Source of the DNA: Bacteroidota bacterium
GTDB taxonomy: Bacteria > Bacteroidota > Bacteroidia > Bacteroidales > FEN-979
Direction: 5' to 3'
Assembly: GCA_026391805.1 (NCBI GenBank)
Contig: JAPLDJ010000024.1
Location: 15,020 to 79,019 of the forward strand
Length of the DNA: 64,000 nucleotides
Shown here: in pieces, positions 17,753-26,699 of the stretch
How the letters are laid out: each line of letters begins with the position of its first letter
How positions within the stretch are numbered: the first letter of the stretch is position 1
Notes under the pieces: model-generated
What the model was told of the DNA's origin: nothing
The model's input: only the letters and a program-made list of their open reading frames with translations
Databases searched by the model: none
Program-made: the position numbers and the translations under genes

Positions 17753-19636
17753 ATGAAAAAACTTCTCTATTCATTCTTCCTTTTAACTATTCACTGTTCA
17801 CTGTTCACTGTTCACTGCTTTTCCCAGGATCATCCCGCTCCCAAACCTCCCGTACTGCCTTTCCAGACCAATGCTGCCGATAACAACGACGAGCAGATCG
17901 CCATGCAGTTCTTCCAGAACAGGGAATTTGACAAGGCAGCGGAAGTGTATGAGCGGCTTTACGCAGCCAAACCCTCTTCATACCTCTATACCTATTATCT
18001 TTTCTGCCTGGTCGAGATCCAGGATTTCGGAAAGGCCGAGAAACTGGTAAAATCCGTCCAGAAAAGCGAGCCGGATGCGCTGAAATACACGGTCGATATG
18101 GGATACATTGCGTTCCGCAAGGGAGATCCTGAAAAGGCCAAAAAACTTTATGAAGAAGCCCTCAAAAAACTCGGGCCAAACCAGCAGCAGATCTTCGACC
18201 TTGCAAATGCCTTCATCACCCGGAATGAAAACGAATATGCCATCAAAGTTTACCAGAAAGGGCGGATAATGCTGAACAACAGCTACCCCTTCGGCTTTGA
18301 ACTGGCCATGATGTATGAGCGGACCGGCGAATTCAAAAAAGTGCTGGATGAATATTTCAACCTGCTGGAGTCAAACCGGTCGTACCTCAGTACAGTTGAA
18401 GACCGCCTTCAGTATGACCTCGCCAATGACCCGGATGAATCGAAAAATGAAATGTTCCGCAAATACCTGCTTGAACTGGCGCAGAAGAACCCTGAAAAAA
18501 CCTACTATTCGGAGATGCTCTGGTGGTATTCTGTCCAGCAGAAGGATTTTGAACTGGCCCTGATCCAGGCCCGTTCGCTCGACCGCCGCCTGGGGGAAGA
18601 CGGCGGAAGGGTCTTCCAGCTTGCAAAGATGGCGATCTCGAACCAGGAATACACGGCTGCCATTGAAGCCTATAAATACCTTGTTTCGAAGGGGAAGGAA
18701 TTTCCATATTACTATGAAAGCCGCACAGAACTGCTGAATACACGGTTCCTCCTTATGACATATCATCCGAACCCGGCGCTGAAGGAGCTGACCGAACTGG
18801 AAAAAGAGTTTAAAGCAGAATTGGAAATTACCGATAACCATGCCCAGTGGGTGGCCCTGACAAAGAACCTGGCGCATCTGGATGCCTTCTATCTTGGGAA
18901 AAATGAAGAAGCCATCGCAATGCTGCTGAACGTCACTGAAAAACCTACTGTCGATCCGAAGCTGCGGGCACAGGCCAAACTCGAGCTGGCCGATATCTAC
19001 CTGTTCACCGACGATGCCTGGGATGCGACCTTGCTGTACCAGCAGGTTTACCTGGATTTCAAGACCGAGGAGATCGGGGAGGGCGCCAAATTCAAAAATT
19101 CAAAACTTTCCTATTACATCGGCGAATTCAAATGGGCCCAGTCGCAGCTCGACATCCTGAAAGCTTCAACGTCAAAGCTGATTGCCAATGATGCAATGGC
19201 CCTTTCGCTGCTGATCAGCGAGAATTTTGATCCCGACAGCACCACCATCGCCCTGACTTATTATTCCCATGCCGATCTTCTCGAATACCGGAACAAATAT
19301 GAAGAGGCGCTGAAAACCCTCGATTCGATCGCGCTTGCCTTCAAGTACCATCCGATCTTCACGCACATGTACATGGCGAAGGCGAACATCATGATGGAGA
19401 CGGGCCGCTTCGCGGAGGCGGATACGCTGCTCGGGACGATCGTTACAACCTATCCCGATGATGTGCTGGCCGACCAGGCGCTCTATTTCCGTGCAAAAAT
19501 GAATGAGGAGGAAGTGAAAAACAATTCAAAGGCAATGGCTTTGTACGAGAGCCTTATGAGCCGGTATCCCGGCAGCATCTATGTGCCGGATGCCCGGAAG
19601 CGTTTCCGGGTGTTGCGCGGCGACAAAGGATTTTAA
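17753..19636 (+). CDS. secreted TPR-repeat protein
   Basis: Signal peptide followed by helical repeats with an A/Y/L TPR-like periodicity. No catalytic motif recognised. Only 3 nt after the M20 gene, and its stop abuts the rsmA start. Confidence 0.7.
   Translation: MKKLLYSFFLLTIHCSLFTVHCFSQDHPAPKPPVLPFQTNAADNNDEQIAMQFFQNREFDKAAEVYERLYAAKPSSYLYTYYLFCLVEIQDFGKAEKLVKSVQKSEPDALKYTVDMGYIAFRKGDPEKAKKLYEEALKKLGPNQQQIFDLANAFITRNENEYAIKVYQKGRIMLNNSYPFGFELAMMYERTGEFKKVLDEYFNLLESNRSYLSTVEDRLQYDLANDPDESKNEMFRKYLLELAQKNPEKTYYSEMLWWYSVQQKDFELALIQARSLDRRLGEDGGRVFQLAKMAISNQEYTAAIEAYKYLVSKGKEFPYYYESRTELLNTRFLLMTYHPNPALKELTELEKEFKAELEITDNHAQWVALTKNLAHLDAFYLGKNEEAIAMLLNVTEKPTVDPKLRAQAKLELADIYLFTDDAWDATLLYQQVYLDFKTEEIGEGAKFKNSKLSYYIGEFKWAQSQLDILKASTSKLIANDAMALSLLISENFDPDSTTIALTYYSHADLLEYRNKYEEALKTLDSIALAFKYHPIFTHMYMAKANIMMETGRFAEADTLLGTIVTTYPDDVLADQALYFRAKMNEEEVKNNSKAMALYESLMSRYPGSIYVPDARKRFRVLRGDKGF
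17790..17817 (+). repeat. 4 x 7-bp perfect tandem repeat (TTCACTG) inside the signal-peptide codons
   Basis: TTCACTG TTCACTG TTCACTG TTCACTG read directly from the sequence. It encodes ...IHCSLFTVHCF. Confidence 0.9.
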
Positions 19637-19637
19637 G

Positions 19638-20405
19638 ATGGTGCGACCGAAAAAACACCTGGGGCAGCATTTCCTCCGCGATGAGAACATCGCCCGGAAG
19701 ATCATCGCATCTCTCTCGGAAGATACCGTGAACATTGTGGAAGTGGGCCCCGGCACAGGTGTCCTTTCGAAATACCTGCTTGAAAATCCCAGACTCAATC
19801 CGTATTTTTTCGAGATCGACCATGAAGCCGCAGAATATCTTCTGCGGAATTTTCCAGTAATGGCAGGAAAATTAACCGAACAGGACTTCCTGGAAGCGGA
19901 TCTTTCCATCATCCCGATACCCTTCACCGTCATCGGGAATTTTCCTTACAACATCTCCACACAGATTCTTTTTCGTGTCCTTGAGTTCAGGAATGCCATC
20001 CCGGAAGTGGTCGGCATGTTCCAGAAGGAGGTGGCAGAACGCATTGCTTCGCCACCTGGCTCTAAAAAATACGGGATATTGAGTGTGCTCATGAAAGCCT
20101 GGTACGACACCGAATACCTTTTCACGGTAAATGAATCGGTATTTTATCCTCCTCCGAACGTCAAATCGGCTGTCATCAGGTTGAAGAGAAACCAGACGAA
20201 GCAACTCGACTGTGATGAAAATCTGTTCTTCACGGTGGTTAAAACAGCGTTCAACCAACGGCGAAAAACCTTACGGAATGCACTGAAAGGGTTGATGCAA
20301 AAAGGTTACAGTACATCGCCCGGCTTGTCTGATCTGCTTGATAAACGGGCGGAACGACTGACCGTGGCGGAGTTTGTTTTTCTCACTCAATCGCTGAAAG
20401 GTTAG
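19638..20405 (+). CDS. rsmA: 16S rRNA (adenine1518/1519-N6)-dimethyltransferase
   Basis: MVRPKKHLGQHFL start, SAM loop VEVGPGTGVLS, and the GNFPYNISTQILF motif. The ATG at 19638 lies 1 nt after the upstream stop. The track start at 19581 is an overlap artefact. Confidence 0.9.
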   Translation: MVRPKKHLGQHFLRDENIARKIIASLSEDTVNIVEVGPGTGVLSKYLLENPRLNPYFFEIDHEAAEYLLRNFPVMAGKLTEQDFLEADLSIIPIPFTVIGNFPYNISTQILFRVLEFRNAIPEVVGMFQKEVAERIASPPGSKKYGILSVLMKAWYDTEYLFTVNESVFYPPPNVKSAVIRLKRNQTKQLDCDENLFFTVVKTAFNQRRKTLRNALKGLMQKGYSTSPGLSDLLDKRAERLTVAEFVFLTQSLKG

Positions 20406-20430
20406 CCGGCGCAGGATGCAGTAAAATTCC

Positions 20431-20438
20431 TATTTTTG
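20431..20438 (+). promoter_or_regulatory. candidate -7 box (TATTTTTG) for the GT-C/TPR gene
   Basis: Exact TAnnTTTG match 18 nt upstream of ATG 20457. This supports 20457 over the TTG at 20436. Confidence 0.4.
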
Positions 20439-20456
20439 CAGTTCTATTTTTCGTCA

Positions 20457-22568
20457 ATGAGTAAATCTTCATACATCAGGAAAAAAAATCAGCCGGATGC
20501 TCCGAAAGCGCATCCTGCCTCCGTTGAAAAGGTGAAGGATGGAAAGAAGCCGGCTCCGGGGAAAAATGTACCGCCTCCGGTGAAAAAGATTATTCCGCCG
20601 TACAATACAAAAAAGGCCAACCGCTATTTTGTCCTCTTCTTTTTCGCGTGCTCGGTCATCCTTTACGGGAATACAATCCTCAACAAGTTTGCCGTCGACG
20701 ACAGTTTCGTGACGGGACCGCAGAATGAGCTGGTAAGCCAGGGATTCCATGCCATTCCGAAGATCTTTACTTCATTCTACGTTGAGAAAAAAGGCAATGT
20801 CGGAAACCAGCAATCCGATTACCGTCCAATCGTTAAACTGACTTATGCGATCGAAAGCGGGCTTTGGGGAAACAACAAAGCTGGCCGGAGCCACGCAATC
20901 AACATGCTGATCTATTTCTGGCTCATCACGCTGCTTTTTTTTATCCTGAGGCGGTTGCTGAAAGACTACAACATCCTCTTTCCGTTCCTGATCACAGTGC
21001 TTTTCATGGCCCACCCGGTTCACACCGAGGCGGTTGCCAGCCTGAAAAACCGCGATGAGCTGCTGGCATTTCTCTGCGGACTTGGCACTCTTCATTATTT
21101 CCTGCGCTACACTGAACACAGGAAGCCCTGGTACATCGTTGCCGCCCTCGGGATCTTTTTTGTCGGATACCTATGCAAATCATCGATCATCCCGTTTGTC
21201 TTTCTCATCCCGCTCGTACTCTATTTCTTTACCGACCTGAAGCCAAAGAGCTTTATCTGGATCTTTTTGGCCATACTGGCCATTATTGCAGTTGCATACC
21301 TCGGTCCGCGTATTTTCCTGCCCAAAGCCATCCCGTTCAAGGCCTTCATCGAAAATCCGCTGAACCTGGAGAAAAGCTTCTGGCTCAAGACCGGCACCGG
21401 TTTTATAACGTTGTTGTTTTACCAGAGGATCCTGGTGTTCCCGCATCCCCTGCTCTATTATTATGGGTATGACATGATACCGGTAACCGGCTGGGGAAAC
21501 ATCTGGGTGCTGGTCTCCTTTGTGATCCAGCTCGGGTTGTTCATCATTGCACTCAGGAAATTCCGTGAAAAACACATCCTCTCCTTTGCCATTCTCTGGT
21601 TTTTCCTGGCGATTTCAATGTACTCGAATGTGGCGGCGCCGGTGGTGGGGATCGTCGGCGAGCGTTTCGTCTTCAATGCCTCGCTGGGATTCTGCATTGC
21701 AGTAGTTTACCTGCTCTTCAGGATCTTCAGGACGGATCCCCGGAGCCTTACGATCGAATTCAACGAACGTGCAAAGATCGTTGTGATCCTCTTCCTGATC
21801 CTCATACCTTTTACGGCAATGACCATCAGCCGAAACCGCGCATGGAGAAACCTCCGCGACCTGTACACGGTCGATATCAAGTACCTTGACAATTCGGTTA
21901 AGGCCAACATCGAATATGCAAATTACCTTGTAGGCACCATTTACAGGGATCCCAATTACCTGCAAAATGGCGCCGTTAATGAAAAAAAACAGCAGGTGAT
22001 CGTCGGGCATTTCAGGAAAGCGCTGAAGCTCTATCCGGATGATTATTCCACCCTGAACGACCTTGCCGCGGCCTATCTGAATTTTTCGACGAAATACGAT
22101 TCCGGGGTGTTCTTTCTGAAGAAGGCCATCGCCCTTCGTCCCGAATTACAATCAGCATGGGTGAACATGGCCATGGCATACCGGAAAAAAAATAACCTCG
22201 ACAGCGCCATTGCATGCTATGAAAAGGTGCTGAAGATCAACCCTACCTCGATGACCGCCTGGTTCAAAATGGCTGACCTCTATTTTGAAAAAGGGGATGC
22301 TGCAAGGGCGATCCGGATGAATGAGGATGTCATGAAAAAACATCCTGAACTCGATGTGCCCTATTTCAACATCGGGTACTATTTTGTCATGCATGGCGAT
22401 ACCATAACGGCCATTAAGTACTGGGAACAGGCTGCCCAGCGGAATCCCGGCTATGAGGTCTGCATGAACCTGGCGATGATGTACAAGGGAAAAGGAAACA
22501 AGGAAAAGGCGGACTATTACTACGGCCTTGCCCAGGAAGCCCAGCGCCAGCGGAACCAGATGAGATAG
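20457..22568 (+). CDS. GT-C-fold membrane glycosyltransferase with C-terminal TPR domain (TMTC/PMT/ArnT-like)
   Basis: About 11 TM helices. The first loop carries the acidic motif NKFAVDDSFV, as in PMT/TMTC enzymes. The C-terminal 200 aa are TPR repeats. Assignment by architecture. Confidence 0.65.
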   Translation: MSKSSYIRKKNQPDAPKAHPASVEKVKDGKKPAPGKNVPPPVKKIIPPYNTKKANRYFVLFFFACSVILYGNTILNKFAVDDSFVTGPQNELVSQGFHAIPKIFTSFYVEKKGNVGNQQSDYRPIVKLTYAIESGLWGNNKAGRSHAINMLIYFWLITLLFFILRRLLKDYNILFPFLITVLFMAHPVHTEAVASLKNRDELLAFLCGLGTLHYFLRYTEHRKPWYIVAALGIFFVGYLCKSSIIPFVFLIPLVLYFFTDLKPKSFIWIFLAILAIIAVAYLGPRIFLPKAIPFKAFIENPLNLEKSFWLKTGTGFITLLFYQRILVFPHPLLYYYGYDMIPVTGWGNIWVLVSFVIQLGLFIIALRKFREKHILSFAILWFFLAISMYSNVAAPVVGIVGERFVFNASLGFCIAVVYLLFRIFRTDPRSLTIEFNERAKIVVILFLILIPFTAMTISRNRAWRNLRDLYTVDIKYLDNSVKANIEYANYLVGTIYRDPNYLQNGAVNEKKQQVIVGHFRKALKLYPDDYSTLNDLAAAYLNFSTKYDSGVFFLKKAIALRPELQSAWVNMAMAYRKKNNLDSAIACYEKVLKINPTSMTAWFKMADLYFEKGDAARAIRMNEDVMKKHPELDVPYFNIGYYFVMHGDTITAIKYWEQAAQRNPGYEVCMNLAMMYKGKGNKEKADYYYGLAQEAQRQRNQMR

Positions 22569-22575
22569 AGGACGG

Positions 22576-22638
22576 ATGTCCGATGTCCGACCTCTGACCT
22601 CCGACCTCCGACCTCCGATCTCTGACCTCTGACCTCCG
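22576..22638. repeat. 9 x 7-bp tandem repeat filling a convergent intergenic spacer
   Basis: ATGTCCG ATGTCCG ACCTCTG ACCTCCG ACCTCCG ACCTCCG ATCTCTG ACCTCTG ACCTCCG. It lies between the TAG at 22566-68 and the minus-strand stop at 22639-41. Confidence 0.9.
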
Positions 22639-23595
22639 TCATCGTCCTTCCAATTCTCTCTTCAACTTCAGGCTGATGATCCTTACGCCCTCCGGGTTGA
22701 TGTGATCCGCATTAAAGAAATATTCCGGCTTTCCATGAAATTCGTTCCTGAAATCAAATACCCTGAAATCATTGCTGTTTTTTCTTGTAACTTCCATGAT
22801 TTCACGATCAAGTTTATCCAGGTCGACCATCCTTCCTGCATATTTTAAATATTCATCCGAATAGGGCATTCTTAACAGGATGAGATGAATCCTGTAGTGT
22901 TTGCAGAGCTCAAGTATTCTGAGATAGTACCTTGTTTCACCAAGGGTTGATTTCTTTCCATAGCTTGAAAGGTAGACCGATGCCAGTCCGAACCCCAGTG
23001 ATTCACGGTCGGGTTCTTTTGCAAAATTCCGGTAGTTCCGGGCGGGAATGTACCCGTTTTTTATAACGGAAAGATCGGCGTTGATGAACATCAGCGACAT
23101 TAAGATGTACCTGTAATTTCCCGCGTAAGAGTAAAAATTGCCCTGTGCCCAATCCAGTATGTATCCGGGATTTTTATACTCGCGCGCGAGTTCAAAATAA
23201 TCCAGGTATTTGCGCCAGTAACCTTCAAACGAGAGTTCCTTTTCAGCTCTTGGGCTGAAGTTGACAGGATCGATCGAAAGAAAAATATATTCAGGCCTCT
23301 TGTTTGTTTTTCCGAGGATGTACTTCAGTTTGTAATAGGTTTGCGTGTAAATCTCCTTTGGCATGATATAACAGAACCCTTTTCCGAGAATGGCCGGATC
23401 GACCCTGTCATGAGAATTTCCGAGCATCAGGTATTTCAGGGTATCTGAATAGCCTTCGAACTGCTGATCCTGGAGCCTGCTGATCCGGAAATAGTACATC
23501 TTATGATTGTAAGCGATATGAAAAATCAGGTTCACCGCTATCACCAGGATGATGAAGACCGACAATTTTATAAAGAAATGTCTGTTCCGGTTCAT
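22639..23595 (-). CDS. N-terminally membrane-anchored protein, putative MBOAT partner (DltD/AlgJ/DUF1574-like role)
   Basis: 318 aa with a single N-terminal TM (FFIKLSVFIILVIAVNLIFHIAY). It starts 2 nt after the MBOAT stop. Possible catalytic segments are LMLGNSHDR and FFNADHINPEG. The role is inferred from position, and the fold is not verified. Confidence 0.5.
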   Translation of the reverse strand: MNRNRHFFIKLSVFIILVIAVNLIFHIAYNHKMYYFRISRLQDQQFEGYSDTLKYLMLGNSHDRVDPAILGKGFCYIMPKEIYTQTYYKLKYILGKTNKRPEYIFLSIDPVNFSPRAEKELSFEGYWRKYLDYFELAREYKNPGYILDWAQGNFYSYAGNYRYILMSLMFINADLSVIKNGYIPARNYRNFAKEPDRESLGFGLASVYLSSYGKKSTLGETRYYLRILELCKHYRIHLILLRMPYSDEYLKYAGRMVDLDKLDREIMEVTRKNSNDFRVFDFRNEFHGKPEYFFNADHINPEGVRIISLKLKRELEGR

Positions 23596-23597
23596 TG

Positions 23598-25052
23598 TCA
23601 GAATTGAAAATAAAAGAACTGGTTACTTGCAAAAATCCCGAAAACAAGCAGGAAAAACAGCATGAATAGATAAGCCGAATACCTTACCGCGACCGGTTTT
23701 CCCATGAACTTTAAAGCAAAAGACTTTTCTTTTACAAGGTACTCGAACAAAAGCATGAAGATGATCAGTCCGAAGCTCAACAGAAGATCACTGTTCTTCA
23801 GCAGCGGCAACAGGATTGCTTTGTCGGTATGACTGAAATCAAACAGGTTCCGTATCATCAGGAAAGAATCACCCACCGGGTGCGATCCGAAGAAAAACCC
23901 CGTGGAACAGACCAGGAGAAAAGTAGCAATGATGTTCAGCCCCGTGAGCAGTTTCGGAACCCGGGTCAGCCCGGTGATGCGGTTGAAGTTTGACATGATC
24001 GGCTTGAACGTCCTTTCAAGAATGATATAGGTGCCGTGGAGGAGGCCGAAGATGATGAAATTCCAGTAAGGGCCGTGCCAGAAACCGATCAGTACAAATA
24101 CGATGACCAGGTTGAGGTTCATTCTCCAGTTCACGATCCTGCCGCGATACTTGAACGGCAGTGAAAAATATACATAGTCGCGCAGCCAGGAAGTTAGGGT
24201 CATGTGCCACCGGTTCCAGAATTCGGCAATCGACTGGGCACTGAACGGCCGGTTGAAATTCGGGCTGAGCCTGAACCCAAGGAGCCTGGCCGATCCGATC
24301 GCAATGTCGGTATAGCCTGAAAAATCAGCATACACCTGCATCATCTTCAGCATGATCGCCAGTGCGACCTCGATGCCGTGAAAATACCCGATGTTGGCAA
24401 AAACAGGCTGTACAAATATGGAAAGCCGGTCGGCAATAACGATCTTCTTGAACATGCCCCAGAGGATGAGCCGGAGGCCACTCGTGAAAAGCGTGGGGTC
24501 AAAATCGTGTTTGATATGGAACTGGGGAAGCAGCCTTCTTCCGCGTTCGATCGGGCCGGCCAGTACGAGCGGGAAAAAGGAGACGAACAGGGCATAGACA
24601 CCAAGGTTCTTTTCGGGTTTGAGAATGCCCCGGTAAACATCAATGGAATATCCGATGGTCTGGAACGTATAGAAGGAGATCCCGATGGGCAGAAGGATGC
24701 TGTAATAAGGGATGACGCTGCTTCTTCCTGCAATTCCCGCGACCTGGTTGATAAATTCAGTGAAAAAGCCGAGGTACTTGAAGAACACAAGCATCCCAAG
24801 GTTGATACAAATGGCCAGGACAAGGTATTTCCGGCGCTGTTTTTTCTTCGGAAACTTCCCCATCTGCATGGCAGCATACCAGGAAACAGCGGTTGCGCTC
24901 ATCAGCACCAGGACAAACTCAACTTTCCAGAGGAGGTAGAAGAAATAGCTTGCCGCCAGCAGGAGGATCCAGCGAAAGCGATGGGGGAGGGCATAGTACA
25001 ATAAAACTGTCAGGGGAAGGAAGAAGAGGTATCCGGCGGAATTGAAAAGCAT
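23598..25052 (-). CDS. MBOAT-family membrane O-acyltransferase (AlgI/DltB-like)
   Basis: 484 aa and polytopic. Hallmark motifs are FWNRWHMTLTSWLRDYVY and IGFWHGPYWNFIIFGLLHG, which contain the conserved His residues. Confidence 0.9.
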   Translation of the reverse strand: MLFNSAGYLFFLPLTVLLYYALPHRFRWILLLAASYFFYLLWKVEFVLVLMSATAVSWYAAMQMGKFPKKKQRRKYLVLAICINLGMLVFFKYLGFFTEFINQVAGIAGRSSVIPYYSILLPIGISFYTFQTIGYSIDVYRGILKPEKNLGVYALFVSFFPLVLAGPIERGRRLLPQFHIKHDFDPTLFTSGLRLILWGMFKKIVIADRLSIFVQPVFANIGYFHGIEVALAIMLKMMQVYADFSGYTDIAIGSARLLGFRLSPNFNRPFSAQSIAEFWNRWHMTLTSWLRDYVYFSLPFKYRGRIVNWRMNLNLVIVFVLIGFWHGPYWNFIIFGLLHGTYIILERTFKPIMSNFNRITGLTRVPKLLTGLNIIATFLLVCSTGFFFGSHPVGDSFLMIRNLFDFSHTDKAILLPLLKNSDLLLSFGLIIFMLLFEYLVKEKSFALKFMGKPVAVRYSAYLFMLFFLLVFGIFASNQFFYFQF

Positions 25053-25081
25053 ATCCTGGCGACGAAATGATTCCTGACTGG

Positions 25082-25768
25082 TTAATTAACGCCCGCCTCG
25101 CGGTACCAGACTCCTTCCGGGGTCTCTTCCCGCTCAAGCTTATAGGGCGACTCTTTCAATAAAACTTCGATTTTCTGAGCAACTCCTGCCTCATAATCGG
25201 CAGGTTCAAAAAGAACCCTGGCTCTGGCGTCATTTCCAGCAATCAGCTTCACCGCTTTCCTGATTTTCCCGCCCCTCCGTTCAAAGCTCTCACGGGTGAT
25301 CTCGTATTGCTGGTGATCCACTCCCTCCTGGCCGTTACTGAGCCGGTATCCGAGTACCAGGTTGAATTTGATGGCATTGACGTTCGACCGCAGGATGTGC
25401 GCATACTGTTTGTTCCAGTTGAGCAGGTAGAAGGTGGTTTCGATGCCGGCAATGGATACAAGGTAAGGAACAAGTGTGCTGTAATAGTCTGTCCGGCCGA
25501 GGAAAATTCCGGATTCGGAAGTCCTGTTTTCCCAGTCGATATTTTTATCGTTGAGCAACCCGATCTTCTCTCCCTGGTAATGAATGAGCAGGAAATTATT
25601 CTGCAGGTTATCGACCGAACCGAACCACTTCTGCTGCTGTTCGGGGGTGATGATCTCCCGGTAATTCATGTTGAGCCTTACGGGGTCGGAGTTCCTCCAC
25701 TGCCTGACCAGCTCGATATCCTCCTCCTTCAGCCGTTCCAGGATGATCCCGTATTTAAAGAATTTCAT
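25082..25768 (-). CDS. GNAT-family N-acyltransferase
   Basis: 228 aa. The N-terminal LERLKEEDIELVRQWRNSDPV segment is typical of sugar-modifying GNATs such as the PseH type. Its start overlaps the GT2 stop by 14 nt. Confidence 0.6.
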   Translation of the reverse strand: MKFFKYGIILERLKEEDIELVRQWRNSDPVRLNMNYREIITPEQQQKWFGSVDNLQNNFLLIHYQGEKIGLLNDKNIDWENRTSESGIFLGRTDYYSTLVPYLVSIAGIETTFYLLNWNKQYAHILRSNVNAIKFNLVLGYRLSNGQEGVDHQQYEITRESFERRGGKIRKAVKLIAGNDARARVLFEPADYEAGVAQKIEVLLKESPYKLEREETPEGVWYREAGVN

Positions 25769-26696
25769 GGTTCAGGAGGTCTTTGATGGCAAAGGGAGGT
25801 TTCTGGTTCTGCACCTGGTAAATGCGGCTCAGGTATTCGCCGATGACGCCCAGCGAAAGCAAAATGATGCTGGTGGAGAAAAGGACAGCCACGATCAGGG
25901 CGGTGAACCCGAGGGGAACATCGTGGAAGATCCTCCTGTAGATAAACCATAACCCGATGATGAAGCTGAACATCGCCGTGATGAACCCGCCGTATACCAT
26001 CGCCCGCAGGGGGATGGAGGTATAATAGATCACCAGGTTGGAAGCCATTGTAAAGAGCGTCCCGGAGGTGTAGGTCGATTTCTGGTAAGGCCGTTTCACA
26101 TGCTCCACTTGTACGAAGGCGATGTGCGTCGTGTACCAGTTGAAAAGTTCGTCAATGTAAATGAAATTGATCTGGTGATTCAGGAGTTTTTTCCCGATAG
26201 ACGATTTCATTAACCTGAAGGAAGAACCGTAACCCTTAGTGTTGGAAAACTTGTGCGACCATCCTTTCAGCGCGCCGCTGCCAAGGTTTCTCACCATGGA
26301 ATGTTGCTTGCTGGTGTAAATGCCGTAAACAAGGTCGGCATCCGATTCCTTCATTGTTTCTGTGAGTTTGGCGATCTCCTCGGGAGGATTCTGAAGGTCA
26401 TCATCGATGGTGATGATGTACGACCCGGCGGCATGTGCTATCCCGCAGATGGTTGCATTGTGCTGTCCGAAATTCCGGGCCAGCCTTATGGCAGTGACAG
26501 TTTCAGGATTTGTTTTTTGGATGGACCCCAGCACCTTCCAGCTGGTATCGGAGCTGTCGTCATCAACAAAGATGACTTCAAAGGTTTTTTCAAGCTTGTT
26601 CATCGTCTGCCCGATCCGGCGGTAAAGCTCTTCGAGCGATTCACAGCTGTTATAAACCGGCACCACGATCGAATAATCATATTTCCGTTCGCTCAT
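25755..26696 (-). CDS. GT2 polyprenyl-phosphate glycosyltransferase (GtrB/ArnC/DPM1-like)
   Basis: YSIVVPVYNS, FVDDDSSD, RNFGQ, and DDDLQNPPEEI motifs, plus two C-terminal TM helices ending GEYLSRIY. This is the classic GtrB/ArnC architecture. Confidence 0.85.
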   Translation of the reverse strand: MSERKYDYSIVVPVYNSCESLEELYRRIGQTMNKLEKTFEVIFVDDDSSDTSWKVLGSIQKTNPETVTAIRLARNFGQHNATICGIAHAAGSYIITIDDDLQNPPEEIAKLTETMKESDADLVYGIYTSKQHSMVRNLGSGALKGWSHKFSNTKGYGSSFRLMKSSIGKKLLNHQINFIYIDELFNWYTTHIAFVQVEHVKRPYQKSTYTSGTLFTMASNLVIYYTSIPLRAMVYGGFITAMFSFIIGLWFIYRRIFHDVPLGFTALIVAVLFSTSIILLSLGVIGEYLSRIYQVQNQKPPFAIKDLLNHEIL

Positions 26697-26699
26697 AGG

